A stretch of DNA of 64,000 bases from contig OY760175.1 in assembly GCA_963663165.1 (NCBI GenBank), positions 2,240,001 through 2,304,000 of the forward strand, written 5' to 3'. The notes beneath the pieces were generated by a model. The model was not told the origin of the DNA, did not search any database, and saw nothing but the letters and a program-made list of their open reading frames with translations. This document shows, piece by piece, positions 1-8,102 of the stretch. This DNA comes from an uncultured Desulfospira sp. Lineage in GTDB: Bacteria > Desulfobacterota > Desulfobacteria > Desulfobacterales > Desulfobacteraceae. Each line of letters begins with the position of its first letter. The stretch's first letter is position 1. The position numbers were made by a program, and so were the translations under genes.

Positions 1-32
1 CAACCAAGAACCGCCCACAACAAATAATGAAA
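1..32 (+). repeat. Partial copy of ~97-bp three-hairpin dispersed repeat (family 1), cut by the window start
   Basis: CAACCAAGAACCGCCCACAACAAATAATGAAA matches the middle of the copies at 120, 15003, 21571, 38901 and 59660. Confidence 0.8.
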
Positions 33-119
33 CTGAAGATACCAGCGACGGTAGACTATAAATTGGGCACCGCAGGTGCTTCGCCCTCTTGTCTCTTGTT
101 TCTTGTCTCCAGTTTCTTA

Positions 120-215
120 TAAACGGCCACGGGCCGCCCTGGTTATCCAACCAAGAACCCCCCGCAACAAATATTGAAAGAACTCAGCAGGTTGCTGAGT
201 CTTTCATATAAAAAA
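120..215 (+). repeat. Family 1 three-hairpin dispersed repeat
   Basis: AACGGCCACGGGCCGCCCTGGTTATCCAACCAAG...TGAAAG...CTTTCATATAAAA; four further full copies in the window. Confidence 0.9.
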
Positions 216-332
216 TGCAGGGAGACTGGAGAAAAGGAGACCGCAGACCGGAAAGCCGGATTCTGGAATCGGCATCTTGCTTTTGCTCTAAAGAATTTGA
301 GCAAAAGCAGGAAAAGCAGCCCGGACAGGGGT

Positions 333-376
333 CGGGCCATGCCCGCGATCGAATCGCGGGCATGGCCCGCTCCAAC
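333..376. repeat. REP-like perfect palindrome
   Basis: CGGGCCATGCCCGCGAT-cga-ATCGCGGGCATGGCCCG (17-bp arms) followed by CTCCAAC; minus strand reads GTTGGAGCGGGCCATGCCCGCGAT, resembling GTRG-type REPs. Confidence 0.7.
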
Positions 377-469
377 GCCGTAACCAGAGGGAACTGCAAA
401 TCCGGTCTCCCTTCTTCCGGTCTCCGGCCGCCACTCTATCCATTGCCCTGATCGTTCGGAGAAAACCCC

Positions 470-497
470 TTGACATCAATTTACGTTCTATTATAGT
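470..497 (+). promoter_or_regulatory. Putative sigma70 promoter of the kinase operon
   Basis: TTGACA(470-475)-16 nt-TATAGT(492-497). Confidence 0.5.
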
Positions 498-543
498 AGG
501 TCCTCTTGAGGCCTTTAGGCCAAGTAACGCCGTTAACACAGAG

Positions 544-581
544 TAAATATCGGTACCTGTCTATAAATATCGGTACCTGTC
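544..581. repeat. 18-bp direct repeat with 20-bp period
   Basis: TAAATATCGGTACCTGTC at 544-561 and 564-581. Confidence 0.9.
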
Positions 582-614
582 AATACTGTTTCATTTCCGG
601 GAAGGACAACACAC

Positions 615-1481
615 ATGGTTATGCAAAAGCTCAAGGACAAGGGATTCACACTTAAAAAATTTCTGGTATGCATTGCCGTCTGGTTTGCCGTCTGCCTGAT
701 CCTTCATTTTATTGTCCAGACAATGGAGCGGCGCAAACAAAAAGAACTTGTCACCACCGGCATTGCCATGTCAAAGGATATTTCCAGCCAGTCCGGGCTC
801 GCGCTGCTTGAAAAAAAATATGACCATTTAAGCCGGCTCATCAAGGACATTACCCAGCGGCCGGGGGTGGTGTTTGCGTCCATCATTGACCATAAAAACA
901 AACTCATTGCCTATTCCGACCAGAAACAGTTTTTTTCTTTAAACCGGGAAAATGCCCGCCGTGAAAGCGGCATTGAATACTGGCGGGCTTTTGGCCGGGA
1001 AACCCACAATGTAATAAATTTTCTAACACCAATTACCTTTTCCAATACACCGATCGGTGAGGTATTTCTTTCTTTTGCCGTAGAAAGTTATGACGGGTTC
1101 CATCGGGTCTTTCTGCTGTTTTCCGTACTCAGCCTGTTGGGGGTGTGTGGTGTGTTTGGCCTGGCCAATTACCGGCAGGTGATGGCCCGCCTGCAAAAAA
1201 AAGATTCCCTGCCTATTGAGAAACCGGCCGATTTGCCTTATGACAGTACTATAGATGATGCCGCATGGTTTACCTGTCCTTTATGCAGCGCAAAGAAACC
1301 GTTTTCAAGTGAGACCTGTAAAGGTGCCCCGCCTGAGTCAATGGTCATTCTGGATCGGTATGCCGGCCCGGAAAACCATATGATGCTGTGCGATCTGGAC
1401 GAAATTGAGGATCTGAGTTGGATAAAAAAACAAATCATCACCCGATGTACCCGGATTATTTCAGCGATTACCGCCCAGTAA
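615..1481 (+). CDS. Two-TM membrane protein with periplasmic Cache/PDC-like sensor domain and Cys-containing cytoplasmic tail
   Basis: Hydrophobic TM segments near aa 15-34 and 165-185; sensor motif ALLEK...VFASIIDH..LIAYSD...IGEV; CPLC in tail; GAAGGA RBS. Confidence 0.75.
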   Translation: MVMQKLKDKGFTLKKFLVCIAVWFAVCLILHFIVQTMERRKQKELVTTGIAMSKDISSQSGLALLEKKYDHLSRLIKDITQRPGVVFASIIDHKNKLIAYSDQKQFFSLNRENARRESGIEYWRAFGRETHNVINFLTPITFSNTPIGEVFLSFAVESYDGFHRVFLLFSVLSLLGVCGVFGLANYRQVMARLQKKDSLPIEKPADLPYDSTIDDAAWFTCPLCSAKKPFSSETCKGAPPESMVILDRYAGPENHMMLCDLDEIEDLSWIKKQIITRCTRIISAITAQ

Positions 1482-1511
1482 TGAAGTGTTTGTAACAACG
1501 GGAGAATCCTT

Positions 1512-3125
1512 ATGGCCGAAAACGATAATACTACAGATCAAACCGTTACCCTTTCCAAAGCCATGGCAACCGGGGTCTCGCTAACCATATCAAGGGTTGT
1601 CAAGAGCAATAAATTTGTGACCCGGAGTCTTAAGCCGGTCATTGCCTTTGGCATCCTCTTTTTGCTGATCGGGGTTTCCTGTCATTTCTTCCTGATAAAT
1701 GCCCAGGAATCCAAAAAACAGGCGGTTTATGATTCCGGCGTTCTTTCGGCCAATACCATGGCTGAAAAAATCAACGCGGCGCTGCTGGAAAAAGATATCC
1801 TTACCCTCAATGTGGCTGTGGGAGAGCTGGAAAAAAAGAATCAGACGGTTTTTGCGGCCACTCTTGACCACACCGGTAAAATCATTGTCCACAGCGATCC
1901 TGACGAAATGGGAAAACTTTACACGCCCCCGGAAACCATCAAGCAAATCGGCGTGGAAGAGGCGGTTGCCATCAGTCGTATGACCGCCGGCGGCAAGAAC
2001 ATTTTGTGCTTTTCAAAAGATCTTTTCTACTCAAAGGTAATGATCGGAAAGATCATATTTGGAATTGATGCCGCTGATTTAGACCGGGCCGTGGCCGGAT
2101 GCAAGCGGCTGATCCTCATTATCTGGGGGGCCTGTGTCATCTTGTTTCTCGCGGCCGCTGTCATAACGGACAATTATTTGAAAAAGAAACGGCAGCGTGA
2201 GCTTGAAGCCCTTGAAAAAGTCCGGCAGGTCGGCCCTTACAAGCTGATGAAAAAAATCGCCCAGGGCGGCATGGCCGAACTCTACCTTGCCGAATATGAA
2301 AGAGAGGACGGGTTTAAACGAACGGTGGCCGTTAAGAAAATCCTGCCCCATCTGGTGGAAAACAAGGATTTTGTGGACATGTTCATCAGGGAAGCCCGGC
2401 TCGCCGCCCTTCTTCAGCACCCGAACATCGTTCAGATTTATGATTTACTTAAACTGCACAATGCCAATTTCATGGCCATGGAATATGTGTCCGGCAGGAA
2501 TCTGGCTGAAGTGCTGTCCCATGAAAAGAAAGGGCTAGGGGTGGGCATGGCCACCTTTATCATCCAGAAAATCAGCCTTGGGCTCTATTATTCCCACACA
2601 CGGGTTAACGACGATACCGGGGCACCCCTCAATATTGTTCACCGGGATGTCAGCCCCCAGAACATGCTTATTTCTTTTAAGGGAGAGGTTAAAATAAGCG
2701 ATTTCGGTATTTCCAAAGCCCAGTCCGAACCCAGCCTCACCCAGGCGGGTGTCATTAAAGGCAAGCTGTCTTACCTGGCACCGGAACAGGCCTTGGGAAA
2801 AGAAGCCGGCCATCAGTCGGATCTGTATGCCTTAGGGATTATTTTCTACGAGGTACTGTCCGGTAAAAGACTGTATAAATTTGAAAATGAGCTTGACGCC
2901 TTGAGCAACCTGCCCAAAATAGAGATAGCGCCCATCAATACGATTCGAACGGATATCCCCAATCAGCTCAACGATATTGTTATGAAGTGCCTTGAAAAAG
3001 ATGTCAACTTACGGTACCGCTCGGGCAAGGAAATCTATGATGACCTGGCCAGTCTTAGAAAACGGTTGAACATCACCTTTGATGAAACTGATTTAAGTGA
3101 TTTTATGGCCAAGAGATTTAAATAA
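1512..3125 (+). CDS. Membrane Hanks-type Ser/Thr protein kinase with N-terminal periplasmic sensor domain
   Basis: IAQGGMA, VAVKK, FIREAR, HPNIV, HRDVSPQN, DFG, YLAPEQ, SDLYALG; two TM segments before the kinase domain. Confidence 0.95.
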   Translation: MAENDNTTDQTVTLSKAMATGVSLTISRVVKSNKFVTRSLKPVIAFGILFLLIGVSCHFFLINAQESKKQAVYDSGVLSANTMAEKINAALLEKDILTLNVAVGELEKKNQTVFAATLDHTGKIIVHSDPDEMGKLYTPPETIKQIGVEEAVAISRMTAGGKNILCFSKDLFYSKVMIGKIIFGIDAADLDRAVAGCKRLILIIWGACVILFLAAAVITDNYLKKKRQRELEALEKVRQVGPYKLMKKIAQGGMAELYLAEYEREDGFKRTVAVKKILPHLVENKDFVDMFIREARLAALLQHPNIVQIYDLLKLHNANFMAMEYVSGRNLAEVLSHEKKGLGVGMATFIIQKISLGLYYSHTRVNDDTGAPLNIVHRDVSPQNMLISFKGEVKISDFGISKAQSEPSLTQAGVIKGKLSYLAPEQALGKEAGHQSDLYALGIIFYEVLSGKRLYKFENELDALSNLPKIEIAPINTIRTDIPNQLNDIVMKCLEKDVNLRYRSGKEIYDDLASLRKRLNITFDETDLSDFMAKRFK

Positions 3126-3126
3126 A

Positions 3127-3852
3127 ATGAGCAATTATATCTTTGCCGGGAAAACCGACCAGGGGCTGAAAAGAAAAAAAAATGAAGATACCATTCTGAT
3201 CAATCAGGCCCTGGGCTTTGGCCTTGTTGCCGACGGAATCGGCGGGGCAAGCTGCGGTGACGTTGCCAGCAGCATGTTTGCCGGCACGGCCCAGTGGGTG
3301 TTTACCGAGGCCAAAAACTCAAATGAGCCCCGGTACGCCACCATCCAGCGCGTTTTTCTAACCGCCAATGAGCAGATCCTGGGGTATGCGGCCAAAGATC
3401 CGGGCAGAGAGGGGATGGGATGCACTGCCGAGCTGTTTGCCATTGATGAAGACCGGTATGTTTTAGGCCACATGGGAGACAGCCGGACCTACCGCTTAAG
3501 GGATAAGGAATTAACCCAGCTGACAAAAGACCACTCCCTGGTTCAAGAGCAGCTTGACCAGAACCTGATCAAACCCGAGGACATCAGCACCCATACCCTG
3601 AAAAATGTGATCTTGCGGGCAGTGGGTATCAAAAAAGAGCCGGCCATAGACGTCATCAGGGGGAACCTTCGCCCCGGCGATATATTCCTGCTGTGTTCCG
3701 ACGGCCTGACCGATCTGGTGGACCCAAAGACCATTTCAAGATACCTGGTTTCTGATTCGCCATTGCCCGAAAAGGCGGAGCTTCTGGTTCAAGAGGCCAA
3801 TACCAGGGGAGGCAAGGATAATATCTCCGTGGTCCTGATTCAGATTCTTTAG
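3127..3852 (+). CDS. PP2C/PPM family Ser/Thr phosphatase (Stp1/PppA-like)
   Basis: TDQGLKRKKNED, VADGIGG, MGCT, HMGDSR, TKDHS, LCSDGL, GGKDNIS; ATG at 3127 just after the kinase stop. Confidence 0.95.
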   Translation: MSNYIFAGKTDQGLKRKKNEDTILINQALGFGLVADGIGGASCGDVASSMFAGTAQWVFTEAKNSNEPRYATIQRVFLTANEQILGYAAKDPGREGMGCTAELFAIDEDRYVLGHMGDSRTYRLRDKELTQLTKDHSLVQEQLDQNLIKPEDISTHTLKNVILRAVGIKKEPAIDVIRGNLRPGDIFLLCSDGLTDLVDPKTISRYLVSDSPLPEKAELLVQEANTRGGKDNISVVLIQIL

Positions 3853-3872
3853 ACAGGGGCTTGAAAGTGTTA

Positions 3873-3896
3873 GGGCGATTCATGAATCGCCCCTAC
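3873..3896 (-). repeat. GTAG-type REP
   Basis: Minus strand GTAG-GGGCGATTCATGAATCGCCC, perfect palindrome after the GTAG tetranucleotide. Confidence 0.75.
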
Positions 3897-4152
3897 AACC
3901 GCCCCAACGACACCGCAAATCCGGTCTCCGGCCTCCATTTTTTACAGTATCAAATTGACCGGCAGGGAACATACCCATGGGTGGCGGCCCTGCAACGCGC
4001 CCCCCTGCCGGATGCCGTTCTGATTCCAACCGTGCAATTTTCGTAACTGCGGCTGTATTTTTCGTAACCGGGAACTCTTTTATTATATGGTGCTGGCTGT
4101 CCTGATTCGTTGGAACAGCCTGCTGTCAATGGTTTTCAGATATTTTTATGAC

Positions 4153-4169
4153 CTGGTATGCAAATTGCT
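4153..4169 (+). promoter_or_regulatory. Putative sigma54 (-24/-12) promoter
   Basis: CTGGTATGCAAATTGCT: GG-N10-GC; upstream direct repeat TTTTCGTAAC (4038, 4059) as possible activator site. Confidence 0.6.
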
Positions 4170-4180
4170 TTTCAAAAAGC

Positions 4181-5047
4181 ATGAAACTACCAAATCATCT
4201 ATCCAAATCGTTGTTGTCTTGTCTGCCGGCAACCCTTAGAAAACGGATCATCCGTACCGGCCTGCCCGCCTTCCAAACCAGCCTGAACGGCATCACTTTC
4301 CGCCAGGCATCGGGTATTGAGGATTATATCAGCTGCTTTAAGCTGCTTCATGATGTTTATGTGGCCGCCGGGTTTACAAAGCCGTCTTCTATCCCCTTGC
4401 GAATTATCCCCCACCACGCTGATCCTGAATCCAGGGTTTTCTTAGGGTGTACCGCCCTCAGTCAGACCGAGAATACACCCATTTATACGGCCAGCCTGTT
4501 CCCGGATAATCAACAGGGCCTTCCGATGGATATGGGATTTAAACGGCAGGTGGATCAGTTAAGGAACCAGGGGCGCAGGCTTGTGGAAGTCGGCTGTCTG
4601 GCCTCACACCCGTTATACCGGAAAGGGAATAAAAATATTCCCATGCTCGGCAACCGCCTGATCGTGTCCTATGCGGCCAGCACCCTCCATGCCGATGACC
4701 TGCTGATAACGGTTCACCCCAAATATTTAAACATCTACGAAGATATTCTGCTGTTTGAGAAAATCGGCCGGATTTCTTCCTATTCCTATGTAAACCATAA
4801 CCCGGCCGTGGCCCTCCGGCTCAATTTAAACACGGTGGCCCAGCGATTTAAACAGGTTTATGCCCAAAGGCCCGGGCATAAGAATCTCTACCACTTCTTT
4901 TTTGAGGCCGAATCCACCTCCATTGACCTGCCCCGGGAAGAGGAAAAAACAGGGGGAAAACGGCACTATGGGGCGGATATGATCGACCGTGTGATTCGCG
5001 CATATTCAGCCGCCCGGCCGACCAATGGCGGCATGGTCCCAGCCTGA
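4181..5047 (+). CDS. FeeM-like N-acyl amino acid synthase (GNAT fold)
   Basis: FKLLHDVYVAAGF, D..GLPMD..F, LR.QGRRLVEVG.LA, DDLLITVHPK, Y..IL.F, NPAV.L.L; start 4181 preferred over 4148. Confidence 0.75.
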   Translation: MKLPNHLSKSLLSCLPATLRKRIIRTGLPAFQTSLNGITFRQASGIEDYISCFKLLHDVYVAAGFTKPSSIPLRIIPHHADPESRVFLGCTALSQTENTPIYTASLFPDNQQGLPMDMGFKRQVDQLRNQGRRLVEVGCLASHPLYRKGNKNIPMLGNRLIVSYAASTLHADDLLITVHPKYLNIYEDILLFEKIGRISSYSYVNHNPAVALRLNLNTVAQRFKQVYAQRPGHKNLYHFFFEAESTSIDLPREEEKTGGKRHYGADMIDRVIRAYSAARPTNGGMVPA

Positions 5048-5113
5048 CCGGACCGCCCCGGCTGTCATATTTTACCCTTTCTATTTTCATCAATTATGTT
5101 CGACGCGAGGTCA

Positions 5114-5240
5114 GTGTTTGGACGAAAAGTTACCCAGATGCAAGGCCCAGGGAAAGTTGCTACCGGAGCAACCATAGGGTTGTGAGGATTGCAACTTTCC
5201 CTGCCACGCAGCAGATGGGTGGCTTTTTGTTCAAACACTA
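5114..5240 (-). mobile_element. MITE-like element, family 2
   Basis: TIRs GTGTTTGGACGAAAAG / CTTTTTGTTCAAACAC-TA; inverted homolog of 6617-6783; internal hairpin. Confidence 0.75.
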
Positions 5241-6530
5241 AAGGGGCTGGCGGTTGACCAGCTTTCTTCCGATAAACACATAGGCAACAGCAGACACCAG
5301 CACCAGGTACCCGAACACCTGGGCATTTTTGGTTTTAAGCAAAAAGGCAATGGTGATGCTGATGGCAGCGCAGATCATAAAGAATACGGGTTTGGGCGTT
5401 TCCTTAAGGATGACCCGGCCAAAATGGGCAAACCGGATATGGCTGACCATCAGGGCGGTGGACATAAGGGTCATCAGCCACAACACCGGAGGGCTTGCCA
5501 CCAGGGCCGCTCCAAGGACAATCAGGGAGCCCGCCGGGCTGGGCAGCCCGTTAAAGATTCCCACGGGCAGATCGGTCCGTTTTTTATCCACCACCACAAA
5601 CCGGATCAGGCGAAAAGCAACGCCCACAATAAAAATCCCGGCAACAATATGGCAAAGGGCGCCGCCCTTCTGGATCACCACATAGGACGGGGCCATCCCG
5701 AAACTGACAAAATCGGCAATGTCATCCAGGTAAGGGCCATATTTGGTGCCGCCGTGCTTAATGGCCATCCGGCCGTCAAACAGATCAAACAACTGGCCCA
5801 TGATGATCACAAAGATGGCCCAGGCAAAAAAACGGTTGTGGGTCAGGATCAGGCTGGTGACCCCGCAGCAGAAATTAAGCAGCGACAAAATATCCGCATA
5901 CAGCCGGTTGGGAACAAATTTAAACACCACGGATGCGGTCCCCAAAATGATACAGGCCATGAGAACCCCGTCGGCAATGTCAATCATTTCAGGGTTGGCA
6001 TCCATCAAGGCGCACAGGATGACCAGCCCAAAACAGATAATGGCCTTGATTTTTCCAAAATTATTGGCTGCCCCGGAAATCTTCATCCATGACAGGACTT
6101 TCCGGGCAAAAAACTGGCCGAAAAGTTCAATGGCTGTTAAGATCCAGAGCAGTTTCATGGAAATGATGCCGGCCTGGGCAAACCCGAACAGGGGGGGCAG
6201 ATAGGTCAGCTTGTCGCACATGGGGTCCAGCCATTCCCCCCATGTGGAACCAAGATCGCATTCTCTGGCCACACGGCCGTCCACCCCGTCCAGGATCGCT
6301 GCAAAGGTGAAGATGAATATGGCCAGGGGCTGGTAAGGGGTAAAAAAGTAAAACAGCAGTCCCACAAAGGCCATGCCGGTCCGCCAGTAGCAGATGGCGT
6401 TGGGGTGGAGCAGCCACTGGTTTGACAAAATGAACCGTTTCATGGCCGGCTTTCTTAAAGAACGGGAAAACCAGAAGAAAAAAGCCACGCCAAATACCGC
6501 CGAAAAAACTATAACCCCGAATCTTGCCAT
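5238..6530 (-). CDS. Tandem CDP-alcohol phosphatidyltransferase (PgsA-like + PssA-like domains)
   Basis: Two D-x2-DG-x2-A(R)-x7/8-G-x2-LD-x2-D motifs: DGVDGRVAR..GEWLDPMCDK and DLFDGRMA..GPYLDDIADFVSFG; FNGLPSP. Confidence 0.9.
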   Translation of the reverse strand: MARFGVIVFSAVFGVAFFFWFSRSLRKPAMKRFILSNQWLLHPNAICYWRTGMAFVGLLFYFFTPYQPLAIFIFTFAAILDGVDGRVARECDLGSTWGEWLDPMCDKLTYLPPLFGFAQAGIISMKLLWILTAIELFGQFFARKVLSWMKISGAANNFGKIKAIICFGLVILCALMDANPEMIDIADGVLMACIILGTASVVFKFVPNRLYADILSLLNFCCGVTSLILTHNRFFAWAIFVIIMGQLFDLFDGRMAIKHGGTKYGPYLDDIADFVSFGMAPSYVVIQKGGALCHIVAGIFIVGVAFRLIRFVVVDKKRTDLPVGIFNGLPSPAGSLIVLGAALVASPPVLWLMTLMSTALMVSHIRFAHFGRVILKETPKPVFFMICAAISITIAFLLKTKNAQVFGYLVLVSAVAYVFIGRKLVNRQPL

Positions 6531-6616
6531 TTTTTATTCTCATTTTCTTAAAATGGGGTGCCGGCCCACAGGGTTTTCCCTATGCCGGTATGCCCGGTTA
6601 ACATTGTCAATGTAAT

Positions 6617-6783
6617 TAGTGTTTGAACGAAAAGTCACCCATCTGCTGCGTTGCAGAAAAATTTGTAATCCTCACAACCCCCATGGTTGCTCCGGTTACA
6701 AATTTTTCTGGTTTCTGACCTTTGGTTACGCCTTGCATCTGGGCAACTTTTCGCCCAAACACGGGGTTTTCATTCAGACACTA
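6617..6783 (+). mobile_element. MITE-like element, family 2, full length with TA at both ends
   Basis: TA-GTGTTTGAACGAAAAG ... CTTTTCGCCCAAACAC-GGGGTTTTCATTCAGACAC-TA; flanks reconstruct the palindromic empty site TAAT-TA-ATTA. Confidence 0.8.
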
Positions 6784-6845
6784 ATTATCATGTCACCGGA
6801 AAATAGTCCATATGGATCGGTGGTTCTGACAGGGTGACCGGGACT

Positions 6846-8081
6846 TTAAGCCCCTTTAAGCACTTCCTTTCGAAGAAGGTTCAGGGCCGTGGCCCCGAAA
6901 ATTTTCTTATTTTTCTCCCGGTCGTCAAATTTAAACACAAACCGCTTTGAGAAGGAGATCCCCGGACCGGCCAGGCCGATGCAGACCGTGCCCACGGGTT
7001 TTTCGTCACTGCCCCCGCCGGGACCGGCAATGCCGGTGGTGGAAACCGCCCAGTCCGATCCGGCGGCCTGCTTTGCCCCCAGGGCCATTTCAAGGGCGGT
7101 CTGTTCATGAACCGCCCCGTGGTTCACCAGGGTCTCTTCTTTGACCCCCAGCACACGGGTCTTGGCCTGGTTGGCATAGGTCACCCCTGAAAACAAGAAA
7201 TAGTCCGAGCTTCCGGCCACATCGGTGATCCAGTTGGAAATCAGCCCCCCGGTACAGGACTCGGCAACGGCCAGGGTCTGGTGTTTCTGCCTTAAAATAT
7301 CCCCCACCGTTTCAGGCAGGCTTTTCCCCTCCAGGGAAATCACCTTGCCCTCCATCTGCTCAACCGCCCATGTCTTGGCCAGAGACAATTTTTGCAGATC
7401 GCCGCCGGCCATGATCAGCTTGACCTCAATAATGGGGAAACTGGCCCGGAACCCCAGGCGGATGCCGGGAAACTTACGGTTAAACTCTTTTAACTTTGCC
7501 CCGACCCTGGATTCAGCCAACCCGAACACGGTAAACCGTTCTACTAAAAGATCTGTATCCCGCCCCAGCGCGGCTTTGATCATGGGCATTACCACGGCAT
7601 CACACATCTGCTTCATCTCAGTGGGAACCCCGGGCATAAAATAAAACCGGCACTGGTTGATCTTCACGGAAAACCCGGGGGCCGTCCCCCATTGATTCAC
7701 CAGGACCCTTGCCGATGCCGGCAGCATGGCCTGCTTTTTGTTATCCTCTGAAAGCACAAACCCCCTTTTTTCAAAATAGACTTCCATGGAGGCATAGGCT
7801 TCCTGATTCAACGTTAACACTTCATTGGCGGCAAGGGCGCAGGCCTGGGCGGACAGATCATCCTGGGTAGGGCCAAGCCCGCCGGTGACCAGGCAGATAT
7901 CGGCCTGCCGGGAAATCCGGTCAATGTTCTGGCTGATCAAGTTAAGGTCATCCCCCACCGTGGCCATCTGGTTGACGGTGATCCCGGCCTGTTTGAGCCG
8001 GTCGCACAGAAAAGATGCATTGGTGTCCACAAGGTCTCCTAAGAGAATCTCATCACCGGTGGACAAAATTTGAGCGATCAT
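6846..8081 (-). CDS. cinA: CinA (MoeA-like pyrophosphatase + PncC NMN deamidase domains)
   Basis: GDEILLG..DTN, TGGLGPT.DD, GTAPG, PGVP.EM, AESCTGG, YAN.AK, TGIAGPGGG. Confidence 0.95.
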   Translation of the reverse strand: MIAQILSTGDEILLGDLVDTNASFLCDRLKQAGITVNQMATVGDDLNLISQNIDRISRQADICLVTGGLGPTQDDLSAQACALAANEVLTLNQEAYASMEVYFEKRGFVLSEDNKKQAMLPASARVLVNQWGTAPGFSVKINQCRFYFMPGVPTEMKQMCDAVVMPMIKAALGRDTDLLVERFTVFGLAESRVGAKLKEFNRKFPGIRLGFRASFPIIEVKLIMAGGDLQKLSLAKTWAVEQMEGKVISLEGKSLPETVGDILRQKHQTLAVAESCTGGLISNWITDVAGSSDYFLFSGVTYANQAKTRVLGVKEETLVNHGAVHEQTALEMALGAKQAAGSDWAVSTTGIAGPGGGSDEKPVGTVCIGLAGPGISFSKRFVFKFDDREKNKKIFGATALNLLRKEVLKGA

Positions 8082-8102
8082 GGTTGGTATCCTTGTTATT
8101 TG

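Noticed and set aside
143..539. Short ORFs in repeat-rich intergenic DNA (also 3861-4046, 6619-6837, 16749-17161, 46676-46960)
   Set aside because: They are translations of palindromes and heptamer arrays with no RBS or protein motifs.
5114..6783. MITE-bounded composite transposon carrying the lipid gene
   Set aside because: The copies are diverged, no shared outer target duplication is visible, and the gene sits in housekeeping context next to cinA; independent insertions are more likely.
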